64,000 nt of DNA, from contig MHWY01000008.1 in the NCBI GenBank assembly GCA_001824295.1, positions 52,261-116,260 on the forward strand, written 5' to 3'. The DNA is from Candidatus Zambryskibacteria bacterium RIFOXYD1_FULL_40_13. Lineage in GTDB: Bacteria > Patescibacteriota > Minisyncoccia > Phycocordibacterales > DATDWN01. The notes under the pieces were generated by a model that saw only the letters and a program-made list of their open reading frames with translations, had not been told where the DNA came from and did not search any database. Shown piece after piece: positions 9,766 through 20,278 of this stretch; position 1 is the stretch's first letter; each line of letters begins with the position of its first letter. The position numbers and the translations under genes are program-made.

Positions 9766-10920
9766 ATGTTAGATCTTAAAGTAATAAACTCAGTACTAGC
9801 TCAATTAGAGGAAGAGCGGGGTATCCCAAGAGAAAAAATATTGGAAGCTATCGAGCTCGCCTTGGCTACGGCCTACAAAAAAGAATATGGCAAAAAGGGC
9901 CAGATTGTTAGGGCTAAATTTGACATAAACACTGGAAAAACTGAAATGTTTCAGGTTAAAATTGCTGTGGATGAAAGCACTGTTCTCATGGAAGAACCAG
10001 AAGATGGTGAGATTCCAGAAGGAATGGACTTGTACAACCCAGAACACCATATGATGATAAGCGACGCTCGTCGTATAAAAAAAGATGTAGTACTTGGTGA
10101 AGAAATGATTTTTCCTCTTGAGGCACAGGATGACTACAGCCGTATCGCAGCCCAAACAGCAAAACAGGTAATTATGCAAAAAATTCGTGAGGCAGAAAAA
10201 GTCTCTGTTATGGCAGAATATGGTAAAAGAGAAGGAGAAATAGTAACTGGTACAGTACAGAGAATAGAAAGAGGAAATGTTTTTATAGATATGGGGCGAG
10301 CAACTGGCTTACTTCCATATGAGGAACAAATTCCTGGTGAGAGATTTGGCCAAGGAGAGAGAATCAGAGCCTATCTATATAGAGTAGAAGAGTCCGGAAA
10401 AGGTGTTTTCCTTAGACTTTCCCGCTCACATCCCAAATTACTTGAAAAATTATTTGAAGCTGAAGCTCCAGAAATTGCCAGTGGCGCTGTGGTTGTAAAA
10501 TCCATTGCCAGGGAGGCAGGAAGTAGAACAAAGATTGCCGTGAGTTCAACCGATTCACACATAGACCCAGTTGGTTCAATGGTTGGACAGAGAGGTGTTC
10601 GTGTTTCTACAGTTATGTCAGAGCTAGGTGGAGAAAAAATAGACATAATAGAGTGGTCAGAAGATCCAAAAAAGTTTATTGAGGACGCTCTTTCCCCAGC
10701 AAAAACACTATCCGTGGCACTTAACGAGGAGGAAAAACAAGCAACTGTTGTGGTTTCCGAGGAACAGCAATCTCTTGCAATCGGAAAAGGTGGTCAAAAT
10801 GTTCGACTTGCCGCAAAACTGACAGGTTGGAAAATTGACATACAGTCGGCAACAATCAAAGCAGATGCGCCGAAGGAAGAGGTGGTAGAAGATGACGAAC
10901 CAGAAGAGAGCATTGTCTAA
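9766..10920 (+). CDS. nusA: Transcription termination/antitermination factor NusA
   Basis: RIAAQTAKQVI, S1 domain, AREAGSRTKIAV, AIGKGGQNVRLAAKLTGWKIDI. Confidence 0.98.
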   Translation: MLDLKVINSVLAQLEEERGIPREKILEAIELALATAYKKEYGKKGQIVRAKFDINTGKTEMFQVKIAVDESTVLMEEPEDGEIPEGMDLYNPEHHMMISDARRIKKDVVLGEEMIFPLEAQDDYSRIAAQTAKQVIMQKIREAEKVSVMAEYGKREGEIVTGTVQRIERGNVFIDMGRATGLLPYEEQIPGERFGQGERIRAYLYRVEESGKGVFLRLSRSHPKLLEKLFEAEAPEIASGAVVVKSIAREAGSRTKIAVSSTDSHIDPVGSMVGQRGVRVSTVMSELGGEKIDIIEWSEDPKKFIEDALSPAKTLSVALNEEEKQATVVVSEEQQSLAIGKGGQNVRLAAKLTGWKIDIQSATIKADAPKEEVVEDDEPEESIV

Positions 10921-10976
10921 CAAACAAAAATTGTCTATAGTTATTTTTAACAATAATTATTAATTAACTTAAAAAT

Positions 10977-12989
10977 ATGAACAGTTATCTAGTATTCGCC
11001 TTGATTTCTTCAGTAATTGCCATTGTCTACGGTTTGCTTTTGGCAAAGTCAATCTTAAAAAAGAGCCCTGGAAACGCCAGAATGCAAGAGATTGCAAAAG
11101 CTATCCAAGAAGGTGCTGGTGCATATCTAAATAAACAGTATAAAACTATCGGCATTATCGCTGTTGTGTTATTTTTCCTAATTGGTTTTATAGATAAACT
11201 TGGCTGGGTTATGGCTCTAGGATTCCTTGTTGGAGCAATCCTTTCTGCTCTCGCCGGATATATAGGTATGAATGTATCGGTTAGAGCGAACGTCAGAACA
11301 ACAGAAGCTGCCCGAGGAGGAATAAACGAGGCACTTTCCCTAGCTTTCAAGGGAGGAACCGTTACTGGACTCCTTGTGGTGGGACTTGCCTTGCTTGGTG
11401 TAACAGCCTTTTATGCAATTTTCAAAGACATAACAGCACTTGTTGGACTTGGTTTTGGAGCATCTCTTATTTCTGTTTTTGCCAGACTGGGTGGAGGAAT
11501 TTTTACCAAGGCAGCAGATGTTGGAGCTGATCTCGTAGGTAAACTTGAAGCCAATATCCCAGAGGACGACCCAAGAAACCCAGGAGTTATTGCCGATAAT
11601 GTTGGTGATAATGTCGGAGACTGTGCTGGTATGGCCGCAGACCTTTTTGAAACTTATGCCGTTACATCAGTTGCTACTATGCTTCTTGGTTCTCTTCTCT
11701 TCGCAGGTTTTGAAAACGCAGTTATCTATCCCCTAGCTATCGGAGGGATGGCAATATTTGCTTCTATAATAGGAACTTGGTTTGTTAAGCTTGGAAAATC
11801 TGGAAACATCATGGGCGCACTATATAAGGGCCTTATCGCTTCGGGTGTTATTGCTGGAGTAGCTTTCTACCCAATCACAAAAATGCTTATGGCTGATAAT
11901 GGTTTATTTTCAACAATGGACCTATTTATCTGTTCTCTCGTTGGTCTAGTTGTAACAGGAGCACTTGTGGTTATTACAGAGTACTTCACATCAACAAAAT
12001 ACTCACCAGTACAATCAATAGCCAAGGCTTCTGTTTCCGGTCACGGTACAAACGTCATCCAGGGTTTGGCCATCTCAATGAAATCAACAGCTTGGCCATT
12101 AATCACAATAGTTTTAGGAATTTTGGTTAGTTATCACTATGGCGGTCTTTATGGAATTGCCGTTGCTGCTATGTCTATGCTTTCGATGACAGGAATCATC
12201 GTTGCCATAGATGCTTACGGCCCGATTACGGATAATGCTGGTGGTATTGCAGAAATGGCAGAACTTCCAAAAGAAGTTCGAGATATTACCGACCCACTTG
12301 ATGCGGTTGGAAACACAACAAAAGCGGTGACAAAGGGGTACGCCATAGGTTCAGCAGGCCTAGCTTCTCTTGTTCTCTTTGCCTCATATACAGAAGAAAT
12401 CGTTAAGGCTGGAAAAAGTATTTCATTTGACCTAAGTAATCCCTACGTTATTGTTGGGCTGTTCCTAGGAGGTCTCTTGCCTTACTACTTCGGTGCACTA
12501 TGTATGGAAGCGGTAGGAAAAACAGCAGGAAAAGTCGTGGAAGAAATTCGCAGACAGTTTAGAGAGATAAAAGGTATTATGGAAGGTACAGCTAAGCCAG
12601 ACTATGCAAAAGCAGTTTCAATTATTACCGGTGCGGCCATAAAACAAATGATTCTTCCGGCCTTAATTCCTGTTTTGGCACCAATTCTAGTAATGGTAAT
12701 TTTTGGAAAAGATAATGGCCTTGTTGTACTTGGTGGCTTGCTAGTTGGTTCTATTATCACAGGACTATTTGTGGCAATATCAATGACTTCTGGTGGTGGA
12801 GCATGGGATAATGCCAAAAAACACATTGAGCAAGGCAACCACGGTGGAAAAGGAAGTGATGCTCACAAAGCAGCTGTTACTGGAGACACCGTTGGTGACC
12901 CATACAAGGATACAGCCGGTCCAGCCATGAATCCAATGATAAAAATACTAAACATCGTTGCCTTGATTATCGTTGCATTGATGCTTTAA
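10977..12989 (+). CDS. hppA: Membrane-bound proton-translocating pyrophosphatase, K+-independent type
   Basis: [37 protein letters not shown]; GNTTKA carries the Lys that marks K+-independent enzymes. Confidence 0.96.
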   Translation: MNSYLVFALISSVIAIVYGLLLAKSILKKSPGNARMQEIAKAIQEGAGAYLNKQYKTIGIIAVVLFFLIGFIDKLGWVMALGFLVGAILSALAGYIGMNVSVRANVRTTEAARGGINEALSLAFKGGTVTGLLVVGLALLGVTAFYAIFKDITALVGLGFGASLISVFARLGGGIFTKAADVGADLVGKLEANIPEDDPRNPGVIADNVGDNVGDCAGMAADLFETYAVTSVATMLLGSLLFAGFENAVIYPLAIGGMAIFASIIGTWFVKLGKSGNIMGALYKGLIASGVIAGVAFYPITKMLMADNGLFSTMDLFICSLVGLVVTGALVVITEYFTSTKYSPVQSIAKASVSGHGTNVIQGLAISMKSTAWPLITIVLGILVSYHYGGLYGIAVAAMSMLSMTGIIVAIDAYGPITDNAGGIAEMAELPKEVRDITDPLDAVGNTTKAVTKGYAIGSAGLASLVLFASYTEEIVKAGKSISFDLSNPYVIVGLFLGGLLPYYFGALCMEAVGKTAGKVVEEIRRQFREIKGIMEGTAKPDYAKAVSIITGAAIKQMILPALIPVLAPILVMVIFGKDNGLVVLGGLLVGSIITGLFVAISMTSGGGAWDNAKKHIEQGNHGGKGSDAHKAAVTGDTVGDPYKDTAGPAMNPMIKILNIVALIIVALML

Positions 12990-13020
12990 CTCCTGACATT
13001 TTCAAACAAATGACAAGTAA

Positions 13021-13047
13021 AAGACTCGGTTGCTATCCGAGTTTTTT
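13021..13047 (+). terminator. Intrinsic terminator after hppA
   Basis: ACTCGG-TTGCTAT-CCGAGT followed by a T-tract. Confidence 0.75.
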
Positions 13048-13091
13048 ACTATATAATTAATCTGATACAGATTACAATTAATCTAATCAAA

Positions 13092-13751
13092 ATGAATAAA
13101 ATTACATCAAATGTATTAATAGCCCTTATCCTTCTTCTTGGTTTTACAGCAGTTGTTTCTGCAGAAAATAGAAACCCATCTACAGGTGGGGTCATGTGCA
13201 CACAAGAAGCAAAACAGTGTCCGGATGGTTCTTATGTTGGCAGAACAGGACCCAGGTGTGAATTCGCAAAATGTCCGGGTTACGATGTAAACAGCCCAAG
13301 ACCACTACAAGATACGAGAGTAACACCAGAAAACAGAATCCAAAATAGAGTTGCAAGTTCCACAGCAAACAGACTTGAGAAAAGATTTGAGAAAATGACA
13401 AAAAGATATTTGTCCACGATTGAAAGAGAAGAAAAAATTACAAGCAAACTGGTTTCAAGAATAGAAAAAATAAAGTTAAATGGAGGAAATACCACTGAAG
13501 CAGAAAGGTTGGTGACAGAGGCAAAAACCCACCTAAGAGACGCAAGGGTTGCATACGAAATTCTAAAAACTTCATCTATAAAAGCAGACAGTGCAACCAC
13601 CACACAGAGAGAGACAATGAACGAAATGAGAAATTCTGTTAAAGTTATTGAAACTCACTTAAAAGAAGCTCACAAACTATTACAAAAAACGGTGGGGGTA
13701 TTGAGAGGAGTATCCCAGTTGCGCAACGCCACATCTACAAATGAAAACTAA
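13092..13751 (+). CDS. Secreted protein with Cys motif and coiled-coil C-terminus
   Basis: Signal peptide; CTQEAKQCPDGSYVGRTGPRCEFAKCP motif; helical K/E/R-rich C-terminus. Confidence 0.75.
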   Translation: MNKITSNVLIALILLLGFTAVVSAENRNPSTGGVMCTQEAKQCPDGSYVGRTGPRCEFAKCPGYDVNSPRPLQDTRVTPENRIQNRVASSTANRLEKRFEKMTKRYLSTIEREEKITSKLVSRIEKIKLNGGNTTEAERLVTEAKTHLRDARVAYEILKTSSIKADSATTTQRETMNEMRNSVKVIETHLKEAHKLLQKTVGVLRGVSQLRNATSTNEN

Positions 13752-13772
13752 TTATTAATCTAATAAACAATT

Positions 13773-14057
13773 ATGGAAGAAAATAAATCATCAGTAGGTT
13801 CAATCATCGGAACAATTATAATAATCGCCATAATTATTCTTGGTGGATTATATTTCTGGGGAAAAAGGATAGAAGAAAACAAAGCCAAAGAAAATCTGAT
13901 TACAACCTTTAGTGAACCAAGTACCAATAGCTCGGAAGCAAACGCCATCTCAAGCGTTACTGCTGAGGATGATTTAAATTCCATAGAAGCAGACCTAAAC
14001 GCAACAAACTTTGATAACCTGGATGCAGAGTTGAACTCAGAAGCAGAACTAGAATAG
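13773..14057 (+). CDS. Small single-pass membrane protein with acidic tail
   Basis: TM helix IIGTIIIIAIIILGGLYFW; in operon with the previous gene; followed by a terminator. Confidence 0.75.
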   Translation: MEENKSSVGSIIGTIIIIAIIILGGLYFWGKRIEENKAKENLITTFSEPSTNSSEANAISSVTAEDDLNSIEADLNATNFDNLDAELNSEAELE

Positions 14058-14078
14058 TGTTTAGAATAGAGTCTGAAC

Positions 14079-14103
14079 AAAAACCACCATCTTGGTGGTT
14101 TTT
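14079..14103 (+). terminator. Intrinsic terminator
   Basis: AAAAACCACCA-TCT-TGGTGGTTTTT. Confidence 0.75.
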
Positions 14104-14152
14104 GTGTTTCTGCTTGCAAAGAACGAACCCACAATATAGACTAGAAATCATC

Positions 14153-15226
14153 ATGACAACACAAAAAAACTACACCAATATTAAAATAACTTCTCTACCA
14201 GACAGAGAGCTAGAAATTCTTGGCACTATTGTTGCCGAAAAAATGACCCTAATGAGAGAGAAGGCCCTGGCTAAAATAAAACAAGACTTAGAACTACCAG
14301 GATTCAGAAAAGGCAATGCCCCAGATACTCTGGTTGCTCAAAAAGTGGGCGAAGGAAGACTTCTAGAAGAGGCGGCAGAAATTGCTCTTTCTGAGGAATA
14401 TCCCAACATACTAGGCGAACACAAAATAGATGCCATCGGTCGACCAGAAATAACCATAACCAAGATTGGTCTAGGTAGCACTCTCGAATTCAAAATCAAA
14501 ACCGCCTTGATGCCAGAAGTAAAACTAGCTGACTACAAAAAATTAGCAAAAAACCAGAACTCAAAGGAAACTAAAACCCCAGAGGTCACAGACAAGGAAA
14601 TAAATGATGTGATAGACAACATCAGAAAAAACATAGCTCATCAAAAAATGCATGCTGAAAGTGGAGAAGATGAACACACACACAACCATGCAGAGATAAA
14701 AGACGAAGATTTACCCGCCGTAGATAATGAATTCGCAAAAATGATTGGTGGTTTCAAAGATGTTCTCGATATGAGAGAGAAAGTAAAGGAAAATATCGCT
14801 CTAGAAAAAAGAATGAAGGAAAAAGATAAGAAAAGAACCGAGACACTTGAAGGAATCATGGGCGAATCAACTATTGAACTCCCAAAAATAATAGTTGATG
14901 GTGAAATGGAAAAAATGCTGGCTCAGTTTAAAGATGACATCGCCAGGGCTGGTGTAACCTATGAAGACTACCTGAAACACATAAAAAAGACTGAGGACGA
15001 CCTCAAGCTTGAGTGGAAAGACGTAGCTGTGAAACGAGCAAAATCACAAATCATATTAAATAACATAGCCAAAGCAGAGGGTCTTACTCCAAAAGAGGAG
15101 GATGTGAAGAAGGAAATGGAGCATATTCTTTCGCAATACAAAGATGCAGAACGTTTCCGAGTCAGAATGTATGTGGAGACCTTCCTCACCAACGAATTAG
15201 TATTTCAGTTTTTGGAAAATCAATAA
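14153..15226 (+). CDS. tig: Trigger factor lacking the FKBP/PPIase domain
   Basis: Ribosome-binding motif LPGFRKGNAP and C-terminal chaperone domain; start moved to ATG 14153 (MTTQKNY), downstream of the terminator. Confidence 0.92.
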   Translation: MTTQKNYTNIKITSLPDRELEILGTIVAEKMTLMREKALAKIKQDLELPGFRKGNAPDTLVAQKVGEGRLLEEAAEIALSEEYPNILGEHKIDAIGRPEITITKIGLGSTLEFKIKTALMPEVKLADYKKLAKNQNSKETKTPEVTDKEINDVIDNIRKNIAHQKMHAESGEDEHTHNHAEIKDEDLPAVDNEFAKMIGGFKDVLDMREKVKENIALEKRMKEKDKKRTETLEGIMGESTIELPKIIVDGEMEKMLAQFKDDIARAGVTYEDYLKHIKKTEDDLKLEWKDVAVKRAKSQIILNNIAKAEGLTPKEEDVKKEMEHILSQYKDAERFRVRMYVETFLTNELVFQFLENQ

Positions 15227-15339
15227 AATCATTTCATCTGCGTTGTTGCAGTTCAATTTTGTTCATTCACTGTACATCTAGTACGGCTCACTCACAAAAT
15301 CTCCTGCGCCTAGCATCTGAAGTGATTTTATTGATTTTC
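15215..15339 (+). repeat. 3'-UTR palindromic repeat family A
   Basis: Core TCATCTGCGTTGTTGCAGTTCA...GTAC-N5-GTACGGCTC...CCTGCGCCTAGCA is nearly identical to the reverse complement of 30.11-30.20 kb. Confidence 0.85.
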
Positions 15340-15356
15340 AAAACTACAGGAATAAC

Positions 15357-15385
15357 AAAAAAGAGGCCTAACGGCCTCTTTTTTC
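15357..15385 (-). terminator. Bidirectional terminator
   Basis: AAAAAAGAGGCC-TAAC-GGCCTCTTTTTT. Confidence 0.8.
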
Positions 15386-15388
15386 TTT

Positions 15389-15550
15389 CTATGCTTCTGG
15401 AGTTACTTCCGGTACTACTTCTGGTGTTACCTCTGGTGCTGGTGCTGGTGCTGGTGCTGGTTCTGCTACTGGTGCGCCACACTGTGGACATACCCCATTA
15501 ACCACGGCAACATTGCATGTCGGACACATTACTTCGTTTGTTGGTTCCAT
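15389..15550 (-). CDS. 53-aa zinc-ribbon microprotein with Pro/Ala/Glu tail
   Basis: Manual translation MEPTNEVMCPTCNVAVVNGVCPQCGAPVAEPAPAPAPAPEVTPEVVPEVTPEA; below the ORF-track cutoff; terminator directly downstream. Confidence 0.8.
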   Translation of the reverse strand: MEPTNEVMCPTCNVAVVNGVCPQCGAPVAEPAPAPAPAPEVTPEVVPEVTPEA

Positions 15551-15707
15551 AATTATTATTGTAGTTAGACTAATAAACGGGTTCGACTAACTAATCATGG
15601 CACAAATCGGTCCATAAGTACATGAGTGTGGGTGTGTTGACTGTGGATTTGGACCGTTAAAACGATATGATATAATTATGTTTCAATTATTAGCTTAATA
15701 ATAAAAA

Positions 15708-16583
15708 ATGAATCATAAAACATATTATATTTTAGTAGCGGTTTTACTTTTTGGTTTTACTGTTAATGCTAGTGCAATAGGCCTAGCGTACAGTGGAACA
15801 ATAAACGTAAATGGTATTGAGGTTGATGTTAAGGATATTGACCCAGATAAGATACAGTCGGTTGAAGTAAACGCTGCTGGTCAAGTAACTGGAGTGAGAG
15901 CAGATACAGGCGGTGTATCTGGAACTGTAAACGTTAATGGTACAATTGTAAGAGTTGATGATGTAGGTAGTGTTGATACAACAAAGTCTGTTAATGTAGC
16001 AACACCAGCGGGAACTGTTTCTATCCAGAGAAATGGCGGTGATGTTCTTATGGTGAGAAATAGTGCTGGAGAAAGTGTTAACTTGGACTTGAAGGCGGGT
16101 GGATTAAAACTCCAGGTTGAGTCTGGTAAAGTTGATGCGAATGTTAAGTCAGCTATTATTGACCTTTCTGGAGACTCAAAGCTACTTATTAAGACAGATG
16201 AGGACCTAAACACATATAATAGTATCGTTATAGAGAAAAGACCAAGTGTTCTTAATATAAATACCGAGGAAGGAAGGGTTATGGTTAGGTATAAACAACC
16301 AGCGAGGTTCCTTGGTATATTTGGTACAAACCTTGGAGCAACTGTTACAGTAAACGAAAGTGATGACAATGTAGATATAAAACTTCCTTGGTATAGCTTC
16401 TTATTTACGAAAAACACTGGAGATGTAAAAACGGCCATATCAGCTGGCGTAAAAAGTGAAGGTAACTCTTCAGTAGTTGTTACTGGAGCAAGCGCAGAGA
16501 CAAGCGCTTCTGTTAAGGTCCAGAAACAGGCAGGTGTGGTGAATGTAGTAACATCAGCAATTAACCTTCAGGTTTCAAGATAA
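15708..16583 (+). CDS. Secreted beta-rich hypothetical protein
   Basis: Signal peptide ending ASA; V/N/G-rich; upstream TGATATAAT; terminator at 16606-16630. Confidence 0.75.
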   Translation: MNHKTYYILVAVLLFGFTVNASAIGLAYSGTINVNGIEVDVKDIDPDKIQSVEVNAAGQVTGVRADTGGVSGTVNVNGTIVRVDDVGSVDTTKSVNVATPAGTVSIQRNGGDVLMVRNSAGESVNLDLKAGGLKLQVESGKVDANVKSAIIDLSGDSKLLIKTDEDLNTYNSIVIEKRPSVLNINTEEGRVMVRYKQPARFLGIFGTNLGATVTVNESDDNVDIKLPWYSFLFTKNTGDVKTAISAGVKSEGNSSVVVTGASAETSASVKVQKQAGVVNVVTSAINLQVSR

Positions 16584-16632
16584 CCAATTCTTAATATCAA
16601 AACTTAAAAACACCCAGGAGGGTGTTTTTAAG

Positions 16633-17340
16633 TTACCCAAGTAGAAGCACACTCGACACAGCAATCCCCGCCGTCTCGGCACGGAGGATTTGAGTACCAA
16701 GGGAGATGATTGGAATGTTATATGATTTGAAAAGAGATATTTCTTTATCACTAAATCCTCCTTCTGGTCCAACAAATGTAGCAAATGACACAGCGTTTGT
16801 ACTATCTCTGTATTGTTTGAAAGAGATTCCGTCAGGGTGAAAAGCTATTTTTTCTTGTGGCAGGTTACCACTCGACAAAATATCTCCGAGCTTCATTATT
16901 TCATGAATAACAGGAATATCTCCCCTACCGGACTGCTCTGATGCTTCAACCGCTATTTTCTGCATCCTATCCATATTTAATTTTCTTTTCTCTGAGTGTT
17001 CACATATTACTGGCACAATATGATTTACTCCAAGCTCTGTAGCCTTCTGCACAACAAGCTCCAGGTTGTCCTTTTTTATAAGTGCCACACACAACCAGAT
17101 GTTTTTTCGAAGTGATGCATCTGACGTCTTTATTTTCTTAACCACAGAAACAGTCGCGCCTAAATTGCGTAGAGAGGTAATAACACAAAGGTAGTCAGTC
17201 CCAGAACCGTCAAACAAAATCACCTGGGAGCCCACATTATAGCGAAAAACACTTCTCCATTGGTGAACAAGCTCCCTATCTGTTATATCGAAATTGTCCG
17301 AAGATATTGGGGATTTTTGATAAAATCGATGGAATCTCAT
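16633..17340 (-). CDS. rsmE: 16S rRNA m3U1498 methyltransferase RsmE
   Basis: VQKATELGV, EASEQSGR, VGPEGGFS, LGTQILRAETA; start set at MRFHRFY (17340). Confidence 0.95.
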   Translation of the reverse strand: MRFHRFYQKSPISSDNFDITDRELVHQWRSVFRYNVGSQVILFDGSGTDYLCVITSLRNLGATVSVVKKIKTSDASLRKNIWLCVALIKKDNLELVVQKATELGVNHIVPVICEHSEKRKLNMDRMQKIAVEASEQSGRGDIPVIHEIMKLGDILSSGNLPQEKIAFHPDGISFKQYRDSTNAVSFATFVGPEGGFSDKEISLFKSYNIPIISLGTQILRAETAGIAVSSVLLLG

Positions 17341-17427
17341 AGCAGATAGATTGTACCAAACTTGACATTTTTTGTCATTGTTGCAAATATGTTTTGTGGA
17401 TAGTCCATCCAACAAGGAGAAGCCCAC

Positions 17428-17784
17428 ATGCCAGTAGTAAAAGTCTGGTGTCTTCCGGCGGATATTTCAGAAGACACTCTGCGAGCAATCCACAAGAGCA
17501 TCGTCGCGGCCACCATGTCCGTGGAAGAGTTTGGGGTCACAGACGAGAAGTCAATGACCACACTGTTCCCAAAGGACATGATGACCTATGGTCTCGGGAC
17601 TGAGATCATCATCGAGGTCCTCTCGAGAAGGTCCGCCAAGGTTCGGCCGGTAACGAGAGATCGATTGGCTGCGATCTTGGTGTCGGCTGTGTGTCCGTTC
17701 TTCCCTGATGCAATGGTGGAATGCCTCATTCTCCCATTTCGCGAGGAAGACGGCTTCTTTCACCTGGCAGGAACAAGGTCTTGA
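17428..17784 (+). CDS. Tautomerase-superfamily-like protein (Pro after the initiator Met), GC-richer islet
   Basis: MPVVKVW start, two beta-alpha-beta-like halves, SD AAGGAG, hairpin terminator at ~17800-17845. Confidence 0.6.
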   Translation: MPVVKVWCLPADISEDTLRAIHKSIVAATMSVEEFGVTDEKSMTTLFPKDMMTYGLGTEIIIEVLSRRSAKVRPVTRDRLAAILVSAVCPFFPDAMVECLILPFREEDGFFHLAGTRS

Positions 17785-17958
17785 GATCTTGCCACGCAAC
17801 CCGCCCGTCACGGAGACCGCCCTGTCTCCCAGACGAGGCGGTTTTCCATATCAAATTTTACTATTTTTCACTTTCTGCTATACTGCAAACGAGTCTAAGG
17901 TCTACAAAGTCAAAGTCCCCAAAGTTGGTTTTAACTTTATAAACTTTCAACTAAAATT

Positions 17959-18528
17959 ATGTTAATACCAACAGTCATAGAAAAATCCCAATTCGGCGAG
18001 CGAGCATACGACATATACTCGAGACTTTTGCGTGAAAACATCATTTTCCTTGGTGGAGAAATAGATGACGACACAGCAAATATCGTCATCGCTCAGATGC
18101 TTTTCCTTCAATCAGAGGACTCAAAGAAAGACATTTCGCTTTACATAAACTCCCCTGGCGGATACATACACTCTGGATTAGCTATTCTAGACACAATGAA
18201 TCACATCAAAAATGATGTTTCAACCGTTTGTGTTGGCATCGCTGCCTCAATGGCTTCCGTCATACTATCGGCTGGTAAAAAAGGCAAAAGATTTATCTTA
18301 CCAAATGCAGAGGTCATGATTCACCAGCCTCACGGCGGAGCACAAGGGCAAGCAAGTGATATTGAAATATCTGCAAGACATATACTTAAGTCTAGAGAAA
18401 CCCTAAACAAAATGTTGGCCAAGAATACAGGCAAACCACTATCTCAAATAGAAAAGGATGTAGACCGAGATTTCTTTATGACCGCTGAGGAGGCTAAAAA
18501 ATACGGGATTGTTGACAAAATCTTGTAA
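17959..18528 (+). CDS. clpP: ATP-dependent Clp protease proteolytic subunit
   Basis: [20 protein letters not shown] (catalytic Ser), MIHQP, DRDFFM. Confidence 0.98.
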   Translation: MLIPTVIEKSQFGERAYDIYSRLLRENIIFLGGEIDDDTANIVIAQMLFLQSEDSKKDISLYINSPGGYIHSGLAILDTMNHIKNDVSTVCVGIAASMASVILSAGKKGKRFILPNAEVMIHQPHGGAQGQASDIEISARHILKSRETLNKMLAKNTGKPLSQIEKDVDRDFFMTAEEAKKYGIVDKIL

Positions 18529-18748
18529 AAATCGCCACTTTTGACTTTTTTGCGGTTTTCTTATACAATACAGACATTATTTATTTTAATTAAATAACTG
18601 ATTGTTTTCGTTTTTCTGATATATTTCTGTTCAAATTCGGATTACTTAACAAATTTTAGAGATAAAAACTTATTGCATGACTCATACTGATTACACATTG
18701 AATAAACTCTATATTTAGAAGAGCGAGAGCGGCTGTTATCCGCAAAAC

Positions 18749-20278
18749 ATGTCATTAAAAATAGTATTGCTGTTCGTCAGCATTGCATCACTTATATCAA
18801 TAGTGATTGGATACTATTTGCGTCTCATTGTTTCTTTGGGTCAGAAGGGTTCTATGGAGCTTGACCTAAAGAAAATGATGCTGGAAGCAAAGGATAAGGA
18901 GAAAGCAATCATTGATGAAGCAGAGAAAAAAGCTGAGGAGTTTTTGAAAAACGCAAGACAGGAGATAAAACAAAAAGAGGAAGATGCAAAGAAAACAGAA
19001 GAAAGACTTATCAAAAAAGATGAGCTTCTTTTGAATAGACAAACAGAGATTGATAAAGAGGTTGAGGAAATAAAAAAGAGAATTGAGGAAATAAAGTCTA
19101 TTAGAGAAAAAACCGAGCAAATTGAAGGCCAAAAGAAGGAGGAGCTCATAAAAATCGCCAAACTTACTCCAGAAGAAGCAAAACAAGAAATTCTAAAAAC
19201 CGTAGAGAAAGAAAGCGAGGAAGATATTTTGGTTAGAATGAAAAAGTTGGAAATAGACGGCGAGGAGAGATTAGAGGAAAAAGCAAAAGAAATTTTGACC
19301 ACATCTATTCAAAGATTGTCCAACTCTGTATCGTCAGACATGCTTACAACCCATGTGACTATTCCCAATGATGAGATTAAAGGAAAAATTATTGGAAAGG
19401 AAGGTAGAAACATAAAATCATTTGAAAGATGTACTGGGGTTGAAGTCATAGTAGACGATACTCCGGGCTCTATCACTATTTCTTCGTTTGATCCAGTTCG
19501 CAGACAAATCGCCAAGAGTGCTCTAGAGAAACTTATTGCTGATGGCCGTATCCAGCCAGCAAAAATTGAGGAGATGGTTCAGAAAGCCGAACAAGAAATT
19601 GCAAAAATAATAAAAGATAAGGGTGAAGAAGCTGTGTATGAAACGGGCGTTTTGGGTCTTGATTCAAGAATAGTTTCCATCCTTGGTAGACTACACTTCC
19701 GAACAAGTTATGGACAAAATGTCTTGGCTCACTCTGTTGAGATGGCCCACATTGCTGGAATGCTTGCGGAAGAAATCGGAGCAAATGTTCAAGTGGCGAA
19801 AGCAGGGGCTTTGGTACACGATATAGGCAAAGCCTTAGACCATGAGGTAGTGGGTACACACATTGAGATTGGAAGGAGAATTCTCCAGAAGTTTGGTGCG
19901 GATGAGGCCATAATCAAGGCAATGCAGGCACATCATGAGGAATACCCTTACGAAACATTAGAATCAATGATTGTTCAGTCAGCAGATGCCATATCTGGGG
20001 GTCGCCCAGGTGCCAGAAGAGACAGCGTAGAAAACTACTTGAAACGACTAAAGGAGTTGGAGGCCGTAGCAAGCTCATTTAAGGGGGTTGAGAAATCATA
20101 TGCCTTGCAGGCTGGGCGCGAAATAAGAATATTCGTCACACCAAGCGAGGTTACAGACCTAGAAGCAAAGAAAATGGCTAGAGATATAGCTGTAAAGATA
20201 GAAAGCGAGCTTAAATATCCAGGAGAAATCAAGGTAACCATTATCCGTGAGTCGAGAACTATCGAGTTTGCAAGGTAA
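18749..20278 (+). CDS. rny: Ribonuclease Y
   Basis: N-terminal TM, coiled coil, KH domain KGKIIGKEGRNI, HD domain HDIGKA, QAGREIRI. Confidence 0.97.
   Translation: MSLKIVLLFVSIASLISIVIGYYLRLIVSLGQKGSMELDLKKMMLEAKDKEKAIIDEAEKKAEEFLKNARQEIKQKEEDAKKTEERLIKKDELLLNRQTEIDKEVEEIKKRIEEIKSIREKTEQIEGQKKEELIKIAKLTPEEAKQEILKTVEKESEEDILVRMKKLEIDGEERLEEKAKEILTTSIQRLSNSVSSDMLTTHVTIPNDEIKGKIIGKEGRNIKSFERCTGVEVIVDDTPGSITISSFDPVRRQIAKSALEKLIADGRIQPAKIEEMVQKAEQEIAKIIKDKGEEAVYETGVLGLDSRIVSILGRLHFRTSYGQNVLAHSVEMAHIAGMLAEEIGANVQVAKAGALVHDIGKALDHEVVGTHIEIGRRILQKFGADEAIIKAMQAHHEEYPYETLESMIVQSADAISGGRPGARRDSVENYLKRLKELEAVASSFKGVEKSYALQAGREIRIFVTPSEVTDLEAKKMARDIAVKIESELKYPGEIKVTIIRESRTIEFAR

Noticed and set aside
14057-14152. 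N-terminal extension of trigger factor given in the ORF track
   Set aside because: It runs through an intrinsic terminator; ATG 14153 gives a normal N-terminus. The listed starts at 17427, 23954, 28348, 28426, 33962, 56328 and 61551 were trimmed for similar reasons
15259-15501. ORFs 15259-15501 (+) and 15288-15491 (-) with LV or ST repeats
   Set aside because: Alternative-frame readings of the Pro/Ala repeat in the zinc-finger microprotein; they cross the terminator and the repeat element
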